Of a stretch of DNA of 64,000 nt, positions 51,091 to 59,305 are shown in pieces (position 1 is the stretch's first letter; each line of letters opens with the position of its first letter). The stretch lies in assembly GCA_046051225.1 (NCBI GenBank), contig JBJOOR010000007.1:19307-83306 (forward strand). The letters run 5' to 3'. A program made the position numbers and the translations under genes. The notes below the pieces were generated by a model. The model was not told the origin of the DNA and did not search any database. It saw nothing but the letters and a program-made list of their open reading frames with translations. This DNA is from Bacteroidota bacterium. Lineage in GTDB: Bacteria > Bacteroidota > Bacteroidia > Chitinophagales > CAIODY01.

Positions 51091-51120
51091 GCAAAATTAT
51101 TTTTGAACCTAAGCCAGCAA

Positions 51121-51136
51121 CATGACGAAGGTCATA
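51121..51136. promoter_or_regulatory. CRP/FNR-like box CATGA-N6-TCATA in the ccoI / lyase divergent region
   Basis: catgacgaaggtcata. Its centre lies 52.5 bp from a plus-strand -7-like GActTTTG (51181-51188). It lies 29.5 bp from a minus-strand TAatTTTG (51092-51099). Confidence 0.4.
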
Positions 51137-51209
51137 CCCGTTGTTGATACTGATTAGTGTTTGCAGGTATTAGTAAAGCAGACTTTTGCACCCAAAATTT
51201 ATCCAACCA

Positions 51210-52589
51210 ATGCAAGTAAAAACTATCATCGAGCCATTCAAAATAAAATCAGTTGAGCCGATACACATGAGCACTGAAGCCGAAAGAGAGCAATATTTAA
51301 AAGCTGCTCATTTCAATCCTTTTTTATTAAAAAGCGAACAAGTTATCATTGATATGCTTACTGATAGTGGCACCTCTGCCATGAGTAGCGAACAATGGGC
51401 AGCAATGATGAGAGGCGATGAATCGTATGCTGGTGCAAAAAGTTGGGAAAGATTATATGATGCAGTTTTTGATTTAACAAGCATGCAATATGTTTTACCA
51501 ACGTATCAGGGGAGAGCGGCTGAAAGAATTTTGTACGGAAATTTAGGTGGCAAAGGAAAAGTTTTTATCAGCAATACACATTTCGATACCACTCGTGCAA
51601 ACATTGAATTTAGTGGCGCTGAAGCTTATGATATTCCAATTGACGAAGGAAAAAATCATACCGTATTTCATCCTTTCAAAGGCAATATGAATGTAGTGAA
51701 GTTGGAAGAGCTTATTCAAAAACATGGTGCTGAAAATATTGGCGCAGTGATTTTAACTGTTACCAATAATAGTGGCGGCGGTCAACCAGTGAGTATGCAA
51801 AATGCAAAAGATGTGGCTGCGATTTGTAAAAAATATAAAGTTTTGTTTGTGTTAGATTGTTGCCGCATTGCTGAAAATGCTTATTACATCAAGCATCGTG
51901 AAACTGAATACAAAAACTATTCTTACAAAAAAATTGCACAAGAAATGTTTGCGTTAGCAGATGCAGCAGTGATGAGTGCAAAAAAAGATGCGCTGGTGAA
52001 TATGGGTGGATTCCTCACTTTGCGCAATGAACAATTGGCTGAAGCTTGTACTAATTTATTAATCATTACTGAAGGTTTTGCTACGTATGGCGGCTTGAGT
52101 GGCAGAGATATGGAAGCGATGGCAGTAGGTTTGGTTGAAGTTTTTGATGATGCCTATTTGAATTACAGAATAAAAAGTACTGAATATTTAGGCGAAAAAA
52201 TTCGTGAGAAAGGTGTGCCTGTGATGTATCCAATCGGCGGACATGCTGTTTACATAGATGCTGCCAGCATGTACCCACACATTCCATTGCAAGAGTATCC
52301 CGGACAAGCAATGGTGTGTGAATTGTATCGCTTAGGTGGAATTCGTTGTGTAGAAGTAGGCTCTGTTATGTTTGGAAAATATGATGTTGCTGGAAAATTA
52401 ATTCCTGCCAATATGGAGTTGGTTCGATTAGCCATTCCTAGAAGAGTGTATACACAAAGCCACATTGATTATGTGATAGAAGTGTTTGATGAGATGATGA
52501 AAACTCGTCAGCAAACTAAAGGTTATAAAATCACGAAAGAGGCAAAATTGTTGAGGCACTTTACGGCGCATTTTGAACCGTTGAAATAA
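51210..52589 (+). CDS. tnaA: PLP-dependent beta-eliminating lyase, tryptophanase-like (tyrosine phenol-lyase not excluded)
   Basis: EPFKIKSVEP, DMLTDSGTSAMS, FDTTRAN, PLP-lysine motif SAKKDALVNMGG, RLAIPRRVYT. Start taken as ATG 51210 (MQVKTII...) rather than the TTG at 51186. Confidence 0.75.
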   Translation: MQVKTIIEPFKIKSVEPIHMSTEAEREQYLKAAHFNPFLLKSEQVIIDMLTDSGTSAMSSEQWAAMMRGDESYAGAKSWERLYDAVFDLTSMQYVLPTYQGRAAERILYGNLGGKGKVFISNTHFDTTRANIEFSGAEAYDIPIDEGKNHTVFHPFKGNMNVVKLEELIQKHGAENIGAVILTVTNNSGGGQPVSMQNAKDVAAICKKYKVLFVLDCCRIAENAYYIKHRETEYKNYSYKKIAQEMFALADAAVMSAKKDALVNMGGFLTLRNEQLAEACTNLLIITEGFATYGGLSGRDMEAMAVGLVEVFDDAYLNYRIKSTEYLGEKIREKGVPVMYPIGGHAVYIDAASMYPHIPLQEYPGQAMVCELYRLGGIRCVEVGSVMFGKYDVAGKLIPANMELVRLAIPRRVYTQSHIDYVIEVFDEMMKTRQQTKGYKITKEAKLLRHFTAHFEPLK

Positions 52590-52607
52590 GTCAAAGTAAC
52601 ATCAACT

Positions 52608-53102
52608 CTACTTCATCTTCTCCAACACTTCATCCAAATTATTATGAGCCATCGCAAAGCCGCCTTGAAAGCCCATTTCAATCATTTGTTGCATGCGTTC
52701 CAATGATTCATTATAGATTTCAACTGAAAGTTTTGTTGTTCCATTTTCTTCGCTGAAACTGATGTCCCAATCAGAACCTGGCAATTGTAAATTCTCATCT
52801 TTATCAGCAAAAGCATTGAACATTTTGAAGTTTGATTTCGCTGAAATAGAAACATATTTCTGTACCGACCAAAACTCTTGCCCTTCAGGACTTACCATCG
52901 CATACACTCTTTTCCCACCTTCCGCAAAATTCATAATTGTGGTTTTTGATTGCCATGGTTTAGGCGCCCACCATTCATCTAAAATTTCTTTTTCTGTCCA
53001 AGCTCTCCACACCAAATCAAGGGGTGCATTGAAATTGCGTTGCACAAACACTTTTTTGTTTTCTAAATCAACTTCGTAATTCGTTTGAAATATTGTTGTC
53101 AT
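52608..53102 (-). CDS. SRPBCC (AHSA1-like) domain protein
   Basis: 164 aa. F.AP...VW.AWT....L..WW.PK.W pattern typical of Activator-of-Hsp90-ATPase-like SRPBCC proteins. Confidence 0.7.
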   Translation of the reverse strand: MTTIFQTNYEVDLENKKVFVQRNFNAPLDLVWRAWTEKEILDEWWAPKPWQSKTTIMNFAEGGKRVYAMVSPEGQEFWSVQKYVSISAKSNFKMFNAFADKDENLQLPGSDWDISFSEENGTTKLSVEIYNESLERMQQMIEMGFQGGFAMAHNNLDEVLEKMK

Positions 53103-53107
53103 GATTT

Positions 53108-53551
53108 TTAATATTCAGCGATTATAATTTTAGTTTGTTTCATCATTACTTGTCCAGCATTGGGTTTACTCATCAGATCTCCCATGTTTTTTGGAATAAT
53201 TTGCCAACGCAAACCAAATTTATCCATACACCAACCACATTGTGATTCTTTTCCTTCTTTCGTGAAATAATTCCAGTGCTTATCAATTTCTACTTGGTCG
53301 TTGCAATTCAACATGATAGCAAATGAATCATTGAACGGATGATGTTCTTTAGAAGTGGTCATCCATAAATGGGAGTTGCCAAATAATTTGATGTGGCACA
53401 TTTCAGCATAACCACTCGGCGTTTCGCCCAATGGCATCAAGTGTCCTGCTTCAAATTCATTTTCGAAAATAGATTTGTAATAATCCAAAACGTGTTGCAT
53501 TTTTCCATCAGAAGTATGAAACCAAAGCGCTGGTGTGATTTTGTTTGACAT
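53108..53551 (-). CDS. VOC-family protein (PhnB / 3-demethylubiquinone methyltransferase-like domain)
   Basis: 147 aa. ITPALWF...YYKSIF... and [14 protein letters not shown] are typical of this family. Confidence 0.7.
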   Translation of the reverse strand: MSNKITPALWFHTSDGKMQHVLDYYKSIFENEFEAGHLMPLGETPSGYAEMCHIKLFGNSHLWMTTSKEHHPFNDSFAIMLNCNDQVEIDKHWNYFTKEGKESQCGWCMDKFGLRWQIIPKNMGDLMSKPNAGQVMMKQTKIIIAEY

Positions 53552-53569
53552 GTTTTTGCTTTTAAGCGT

Positions 53570-54073
53570 TTATGATTTTTGATTGGATAAGTAATTTTCT
53601 AATTGAGCAAATGTGCCAGCAAAGCCTTGTTGCATGCCTTCTGACATCGAAGCAAAGAATTGATTTTCCTCATCAGAAGCATTCACTGGAAATCCTTTTA
53701 AAGCGATTGTTGTTATTCCGTTTTGTTCTGAAAATTCTAAATGGTTAAAAATTTCCATTGGGAATTTATCACTAAAAGGCGCTCTTATAGTTTCGCCATT
53801 TTCGTTGGCAAATGAACTGGTAAATTCTAACAAATCGAATTTAGAAATTTGTCCGAAAACAAATTTTCCCCAAGAAGTTTGTCCCTGCATGGTGGCTTTG
53901 TAATGAAAAATTCCATTGGTTACAAACTCAAATTTTTCAACAGTAATCGGCACTCCCGGAGGTCCCCACCATTGCGCCAAAGCTTCGGCATTAGCAAAAG
54001 CATTGAACACGGTTTCCATCGGAGCGTTAAATTCTCTTTTAATAATTAACTGATTGTTGATTGTAGATTCCAT
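53570..54073 (-). CDS. SRPBCC (AHSA1-like) domain protein
   Basis: 167 aa. REFNAP.E.VF.AF...E.L.QWWGP pattern. Confidence 0.7.
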   Translation of the reverse strand: MESTINNQLIIKREFNAPMETVFNAFANAEALAQWWGPPGVPITVEKFEFVTNGIFHYKATMQGQTSWGKFVFGQISKFDLLEFTSSFANENGETIRAPFSDKFPMEIFNHLEFSEQNGITTIALKGFPVNASDEENQFFASMSEGMQQGFAGTFAQLENYLSNQKS

Positions 54074-54075
54074 TT

Positions 54076-54537
54076 CTATTTTGATTTTTGTTTTGATAAA
54101 TAAACAGAGAGTTTTTCGATGTTTTGTTTCAAGCCTTCATCAGCTTTGAAAGTTTTTACAACAGCTTCAAATTCTACAACTGTATCAAACAGCATGTGCC
54201 ATTGCATCAGCGTTTGATTGCCTTGCGATTCAAAATTTACAGTCGTGATAAAATTTGGATTGAGATGTTTGAACGCAATTTTTTTGTGTAATACAATTTC
54301 AGTAAAAATACTTTTGTTCGGATAATCCGTTCCATCAGACCCGTGCATAGTGAGCAGCCATTCAGAGCCTTCCACCATTTCCATTTGATGAATGGTATTC
54401 GTGAAGCCATTTGGTCCCCACCAGTTTTTTAAGTGTTCAGGATTTGTCCAAACTTCCCACACCAATTCAATTGGTGCATCGAGTAATCGTGAGATTTTTA
54501 GTTCACGGTCGGCGGTATTATTTTTTTCGTTTTGCAT
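54076..54537 (-). CDS. SRPBCC (AHSA1-like) domain protein
   Basis: 153 aa. SRLLDAPIELVWEVWTNPEHLKNWWGPNGF pattern. Overlaps the upstream ArsR-family gene by 20 nt. Confidence 0.7.
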   Translation of the reverse strand: MQNEKNNTADRELKISRLLDAPIELVWEVWTNPEHLKNWWGPNGFTNTIHQMEMVEGSEWLLTMHGSDGTDYPNKSIFTEIVLHKKIAFKHLNPNFITTVNFESQGNQTLMQWHMLFDTVVEFEAVVKTFKADEGLKQNIEKLSVYLSKQKSK

Positions 54538-54856
54538 CGTTTTGTTCTTTTTGAATTTTAGCTAAATACTTATCCAGATTATCGAAACGGTCTTCCCACA
54601 ATTGGCGGAAAGGCTGTAACCATTTATCTATTTCTTTTAATTTTTTCACTTCGATTTCGTAATAAATTTCTCTTCCTATTTGTTCGCTTTTTACCAAACC
54701 GCTTTCCTGCAAAATTTTGATGTGCTTCGAAACAGCTTGACGACTGCTGTCAAATTTTTCTGCCAAAGCGTTGGGCGTCATGGCTTGCACCATGATTAAA
54801 CTGATGATGGCTCTTCGTGTCGGGTCGGCGATTGCCTGAAAAATATCTCTTTTCAT
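54518..54856 (-). CDS. ArsR/SmtB-family transcriptional regulator
   Basis: 112 aa. FQAIADPTRRAIISLI...LAEKF.SSRQAVSKHIKILQESGLV winged-HTH signature. Confidence 0.88.
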   Translation of the reverse strand: MKRDIFQAIADPTRRAIISLIMVQAMTPNALAEKFDSSRQAVSKHIKILQESGLVKSEQIGREIYYEIEVKKLKEIDKWLQPFRQLWEDRFDNLDKYLAKIQKEQNDAKRKK

Positions 54857-54865
54857 ATTTCAATA

Positions 54866-54908
54866 TGCAACTAATCGGTTGCAAATATATGCGCAACTTT
54901 TTGGTTGC
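54866..54908. promoter_or_regulatory. two palindromic operators (TGCAAC-N6-GTTGCA type) overlapping the arsR-family promoter
   Basis: Site 1: tgcaac (54866-71) / gttgca (54878-83). Site 2: gcaac (54893-97) / gttgc (54904-08). Both have N6 spacers and their centres are 26 bp apart. A minus-strand -7 box TAtaTTTG (54882-54889) lies between them. Confidence 0.55.
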
Positions 54909-54937
54909 ACAAGTTTTTTTTGGAAAAAGTTTTTTTG

Positions 54938-54945
54938 TAAGTTTG
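54938..54945 (+). promoter_or_regulatory. -7 box TAagTTTG for the orphan Cys-motif gene
   Basis: taagtttg ends 8 nt before ATG 54954. This would give a very short or absent leader. Confidence 0.3.
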
Positions 54946-54953
54946 TTAGAAAT

Positions 54954-55985
54954 ATGAAATGCGCCTATTGCTATATACACGAAGCCGATAAAAAAAACAC
55001 ACACTATTTAACTGATGCTATCATAAGAAGTTGCTTAAATGAAAATGGAGAAAGTAGTAGGGAAAAAGGCTTCATGTTTAATGTATCTAACAATAATCCA
55101 TTTATCGATTTTAAATTTCAACGCAGCACAAACACTACTTCAATTATAAAAGCTCTTGGAAGAGAGCCATCAGAAGAAGAAATTGAAAAAGCCAAACAAA
55201 ATTCTTTTTCAGTTGACAATGTATTTTGCTCCAATTGCGAAAAGAAGTTTACTGAAATTGAAAATAAATTTATTAATGAAACTCTGCCTAAGCTTAGAGG
55301 AAAGGATTTTAGTTTCATCCAAAAAATTCATTTTAATGAAACCATTTCTATCAGGCGATTTTTCTTACTTCAAGTTTTCAGGACTTCAATTTGCAATAAT
55401 TTGATTAAAGTAAGTAAAGAATTTCGTGAGGTTATTCGAGATGTTTTGATTGAAAGTAAAAGTGAAGAAATTAAAAGTATTCCTTTATTCGTGACTTATC
55501 TAAATACATTAGGAGATAAGATTGAATTTACAAAAAATGTTGTTGGTTTCGGAAATATTGAAGGAAATGGTGTAATCTTTTTAAATGACTTTATTATTCA
55601 GTTTTTTCAGGATGAAAAATCCATTCAGTATATTGATTTATATGGACTCAACTCAAGAACTGATTTCGAAAATTATATCAATTTTAAAGAGCAAAACTTT
55701 TTAATAAAAATTGTAAGCAATGTAGACCGAAATACTTTTTCTGAAACTTATTTTAAAACTGAAAAAGCTAAAAGCCTATTAGAATCTTATCGTGGAATGT
55801 TTAGATCTGCCCATGTGGAATTTCTTCATTCAACTCCATCTGAACAAATTGTTGAATCATTTATCAAGGAGTTAGTCAATGATAAAAACTGTACAGAAGA
55901 AACGAGATATTCTTCAGATAACATTGCGAAGTGTATGTTAGATTTTTTTATTGAAAAACTAAACTTCAGAATTCCAAATTCTTAG
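54954..55985 (+). CDS. hypothetical protein with two CxxC motifs (degenerate HNH/zinc-ribbon-like N-domain)
   Basis: 343 aa from ATG 54954. MKCAYCY...THYLTDAII and ...VDNVFCSNCEKKFTEIENKF. The remainder is an N/K/E/F-rich domain with no recognisable family. Visibly more AT-rich than the flanks. Confidence 0.5.
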   Translation: MKCAYCYIHEADKKNTHYLTDAIIRSCLNENGESSREKGFMFNVSNNNPFIDFKFQRSTNTTSIIKALGREPSEEEIEKAKQNSFSVDNVFCSNCEKKFTEIENKFINETLPKLRGKDFSFIQKIHFNETISIRRFFLLQVFRTSICNNLIKVSKEFREVIRDVLIESKSEEIKSIPLFVTYLNTLGDKIEFTKNVVGFGNIEGNGVIFLNDFIIQFFQDEKSIQYIDLYGLNSRTDFENYINFKEQNFLIKIVSNVDRNTFSETYFKTEKAKSLLESYRGMFRSAHVEFLHSTPSEQIVESFIKELVNDKNCTEETRYSSDNIAKCMLDFFIEKLNFRIPNS

Positions 55986-56037
55986 CCTAAACCATCTCTC
56001 CCAACTCAACAATCTCATTCAAAGCATTTCTTGAAAC

Positions 56038-56078
56038 AAAAAAGTCGGCTGTGTTTTACAACCGACTTTTTCTTTTTG
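56038..56078. terminator. bidirectional hairpin terminator between convergent genes
   Basis: Stem aaaagtcggctgt / acaaccgactttt, flanked by an A-run on the left and a T-run on the right. Confidence 0.65.
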
Positions 56079-56092
56079 ATACTATTGGAAGC

Positions 56093-56584
56093 TTACGCCA
56101 AAGCTACTGTCCAAGCTTCTTTGGTGCCCAAATGTGTTTTGCCATTCATCTTTAAGTATAAAAACAATTGCATGCGGTAAGTTGCCAACCATTTGATGGG
56201 TGCATTAATAATAGCAGCACCCAAAACCATTTCTTCTTTGTTAGGCAACAAAACTTTTTTGTTGATTAAATCATCTTCGCTAATGCCATCCATGTAGGCA
56301 ATGATTTCTTTGCGTTGTTCTTCTAATCGTTCTGCAAAGTTTTCAATGGTGAGTGTTTTGCGATAAGCTCTGATTTTTTCCCACTCTTCAGGATTCAAAT
56401 CATTTTTTATAAACCAGCGCAACATCGTTGCGCCAATTCCCGATACATACATCATCAACTCGTGAGTGCTTCTCACTTTTTCATTGGGGCGAAATTCTAA
56501 ATCATCTGCTTCGATGTGTGTAGCTAAGTTTTTCAGCAAATCAATTTCACGAAGTAGGTTGTCGGTCAAATGTTGTTTGTACAT
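56093..56584 (-). CDS. DinB-like helical-bundle protein
   Basis: Start taken as ATG 56584 (MYKQHLTDNLLREIDLLKNL...). The longer ORF would reach within 12 nt of the divergent hmgA. Helical, with a His-containing THELMMY motif. The family call is tentative. Confidence 0.45.
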   Translation of the reverse strand: MYKQHLTDNLLREIDLLKNLATHIEADDLEFRPNEKVRSTHELMMYVSGIGATMLRWFIKNDLNPEEWEKIRAYRKTLTIENFAERLEEQRKEIIAYMDGISEDDLINKKVLLPNKEEMVLGAAIINAPIKWLATYRMQLFLYLKMNGKTHLGTKEAWTVALA

Positions 56585-56752
56585 AATTATTTTTTGGATG
56601 ATTGTTTTAAGAAATAGGGAAACAAAGATAGTGGTAGGTTGTTCAAAAAACAGCGTCCGCTTGAAAACTTGACCTTTATCATCTTCTAACTTGACAACTA
56701 TCATTGAATTTGGCATTTCACTTTTGAAACCTTTGCCCAAAATTATTTCATC

Positions 56753-57949
56753 ATGCCAGTATATCGTCAGGTAGGTTTAATTCCGCAAAAACGTCACGTA
56801 GTTTTCCGTCAGGAAAATGGAAATTTATATCACGAAGAATTGTTTGGAACAGAAGGTTTTGCAGGGCTTTCGTCATTGGTGTACCATTTGTATCCGCCAA
56901 CCCGAGTGAAAGAAATTGGCAAGCCTTATTCCGTTCGTCCGAAAGTGATGGTAGAAGATAATTTACAAGCAAGAAGTTATTTAACTTTTGATGCTGCACC
57001 CGAAGAAGATTATCTGGATAGTCGCAAAACCATGTTTGTAAATGATGATATGACCATTGGTATTGCTGCACCAAAAAACAGCATGAAAAATTATTTCTAC
57101 AAAAATGCGGATGCAGATGAAATGTTGTTTGTACATAAAGGCAGCGGCATGTTGCACACGATGTATGGCACTATCAATTTTGAATATGGCGATTACATCA
57201 TCATTCCAAGAGGCACGATTTATCAATTAAAATTCAACGACCACGATAATCGTTTGTTGATTGTTGAATCGCATGGACCTATTGAAACACCAGCTCGTTA
57301 CAGAAATAATTATGGTCAATATTTAGAAAATTCTCCGTTCTGCGAACGTGATTTTAAAATGCCACAAAACTTAGTTACGCATGATGAACAAGGTGATTTT
57401 TTAATCAAAATAAAAAAACGTGGATTGATTTATCCATACGTGTATGAAAATCATCCGTTCGATGTAGTGGGCTATGATGGCTGTTGTTACCCTTATGCGT
57501 TTTCAATTTTCAACTTCGAACCTATCACTGGTCGCATTCACATGCCACCTCCAATTCATCAAACATTCCAAGGCAAAAACTTTGTGATTTGCTCGTTTGT
57601 GCCACGTTTGTATGATTACCATCCTGACGCTATTCCTGCTCCATATCATCACAGCAACATTGATAGCGATGAGTTATTGTATTATGTAGATGGTGATTTT
57701 ATGAGCAGAAATAATATTCAAAAAGGACAAATCACTTTGCATCCTGGTGGTTTGCCTCATGGTCCACATCCAGGCGCAATCGAAAGAAGTATTGGTAAAA
57801 AAGAAACCAATGAATTGGCGGTGATGATTGACCCATTCAATCCAGTAAAAATCACTTCAGATGCGATGAACTTGGAGATTGAAGAATATTATCAAAGCTG
57901 GCTCAATGGCGCAAAGCATCCTAGTGTAAAAGAAGGTTTGCTGATGTAA
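56753..57949 (+). CDS. hmgA: homogentisate 1,2-dioxygenase
   Basis: 398 aa. YHEELFGTEGFAG..S..YH, PYHHSNIDSDE and HPGG.PHGPHPG motifs of the short (Bacteroidota-type) HmgA. Confidence 0.9.
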   Translation: MPVYRQVGLIPQKRHVVFRQENGNLYHEELFGTEGFAGLSSLVYHLYPPTRVKEIGKPYSVRPKVMVEDNLQARSYLTFDAAPEEDYLDSRKTMFVNDDMTIGIAAPKNSMKNYFYKNADADEMLFVHKGSGMLHTMYGTINFEYGDYIIIPRGTIYQLKFNDHDNRLLIVESHGPIETPARYRNNYGQYLENSPFCERDFKMPQNLVTHDEQGDFLIKIKKRGLIYPYVYENHPFDVVGYDGCCYPYAFSIFNFEPITGRIHMPPPIHQTFQGKNFVICSFVPRLYDYHPDAIPAPYHHSNIDSDELLYYVDGDFMSRNNIQKGQITLHPGGLPHGPHPGAIERSIGKKETNELAVMIDPFNPVKITSDAMNLEIEEYYQSWLNGAKHPSVKEGLLM

Positions 57950-57955
57950 AAATAA

Positions 57956-58109
57956 ACCACATAGCAACATAGAAAACAATAGAATATGTATGATTGCTAT
58001 GTGAAAAATTTATTTTCTATGCTACTCTGAAATTGTGGAAGAGTTGCAATAGAGAAACAGAGCGAAAGCATAGCTTTCTTAAACTATGATAACTATGAAT
58101 CTATGTTGT
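57956..58109. mobile_element. MITE-like repeat, copy 2 (hmgA-hppD spacer), inverted relative to copy 1
   Basis: Terminal aaccacatag ... ctatgttgt. Its reverse complement aligns with 46057-46219. Confidence 0.6.
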
Positions 58110-58136
58110 AAAAAATAAAAATAAAATTCAAATAAA

Positions 58137-59291
58137 ATGATACCCGATTTAACAGCCGTAAAAAATTTCGATTACGTTGAAACAAAAAAAATATTTCCTG
58201 AAGCACAAGATTTCTTGCCGATTTTAGGAACTGATTATGTGGAGTTTTATGTGGGCAATGCCAAGCAATCTGCACATTACTACAAAACAGCTTTTGGTTT
58301 TCAAGAATTGGCGTACGCTGGCTTGGAGACTGGTGTTCGCGACAGAACAAGTTATGTTTTGCAACAAGGAAAAATAAAATTGGTGTTGACTACACCATTG
58401 AATAATGAAGCTATTTCAGAGCATTTGAAAAAACATGGCGATGGTGTAAAAGTAATTGCTTTGTGGGTGAATGATGCGTATGATGCTTACGAACAAACTA
58501 CAAAACGTGGCGCAAAATCTTATGTTGAGCCGCATGAAGTGAAAGATGAAAATGGAGTGGTTCGCATTTCGGGCATTCATACTTATGGCGATACGGTTCA
58601 CTTATTCATTGAAAGAAAAAATTACAATGGAGTGTTTTTGCCCAGTTATGAAAAATGGCAAACTGAATATCAACCAACACCTACAGGATTGAAATATGTT
58701 GACCACATGGTGGGCAATGTTGGCTTGGGTGAAATGAATGTGTGGAGTAAATTTTATGGCGAAGTAATGGGCTTTTATAATTTGGTAACCTTTGATGATA
58801 AAGATATTTCAACTGAATACACAGCTTTGATGAGTAAGGTGATGACTAACGGAAATGGTTACATCAAATTCCCAATCAACGAGCCAGCAAAAGGTTTGAA
58901 GAATTCGCAAGTGCAAGAATATTTAGATTTTTATAACGGCGCAGGCTGCCAACACATTGCAGTTGCCACTGATGATATTGTTTTCACGATTTCGGAAATG
59001 AGAAAACGTGGCGTTGAATTTTTGTATGTGCCCGGCACTTACTACGATACTGTTCGTGATAGAGTGGGCATCATTGAAGAAGATTTAAACGAATTGAAAA
59101 AATGGGGTATCATGGTTGACCGAGATGAAGAAGGATATTTATTGCAAATCTTCACTAAACCAGTTGAAGACCGTCCAACTTTATTTTACGAAATCATTCA
59201 ACGTAAAGGCGCAAAATCCTTTGGCAAAGGCAACTTCCAAGCTTTGTTTGAAAGCATAGAAGCGGAACAAGCAAGAAGAGGAACATTGTAA
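58137..59291 (+). CDS. hppD: 4-hydroxyphenylpyruvate dioxygenase
   Basis: 384 aa. VEFYVGNAKQSAHYY, GCQHIAV.TDDI and FYEIIQRKGAKSFGKGNFQALFESIE motifs. Confidence 0.93.
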   Translation: MIPDLTAVKNFDYVETKKIFPEAQDFLPILGTDYVEFYVGNAKQSAHYYKTAFGFQELAYAGLETGVRDRTSYVLQQGKIKLVLTTPLNNEAISEHLKKHGDGVKVIALWVNDAYDAYEQTTKRGAKSYVEPHEVKDENGVVRISGIHTYGDTVHLFIERKNYNGVFLPSYEKWQTEYQPTPTGLKYVDHMVGNVGLGEMNVWSKFYGEVMGFYNLVTFDDKDISTEYTALMSKVMTNGNGYIKFPINEPAKGLKNSQVQEYLDFYNGAGCQHIAVATDDIVFTISEMRKRGVEFLYVPGTYYDTVRDRVGIIEEDLNELKKWGIMVDRDEEGYLLQIFTKPVEDRPTLFYEIIQRKGAKSFGKGNFQALFESIEAEQARRGTL

Positions 59292-59305
59292 AAAAAAAAC
59301 AAAAA

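Noticed and set aside
54879-54953. Longer N-terminal extensions offered by the ORF track for several genes: 54879, 56740 (minus), 62248, 51186, 31478, 39988 and 46061 (minus).
   Set aside because: The extensions start at TTG or GTG and run through operators, promoters or repeat elements, or nearly touch a divergent gene. In each case a downstream ATG gives a family-typical N-terminus (MKCAYCY, MYKQHL, MSNNNNQFPQWEV, MQVKTIIEPF, MKKGFAVII, MKYLIDTNIF, MFKFIKQY).
58093-58350. ORFs overlapping the repeat elements and spacers: 58093..58350, 45799..45987, 27021..27287, 27029..27226, 23378..23560, 7476..7667.
   Set aside because: They run across inverted-repeat elements, terminators or promoters and into neighbouring genes, and have no protein-like features. 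They are most likely artefacts of open frames in AT-rich spacers.
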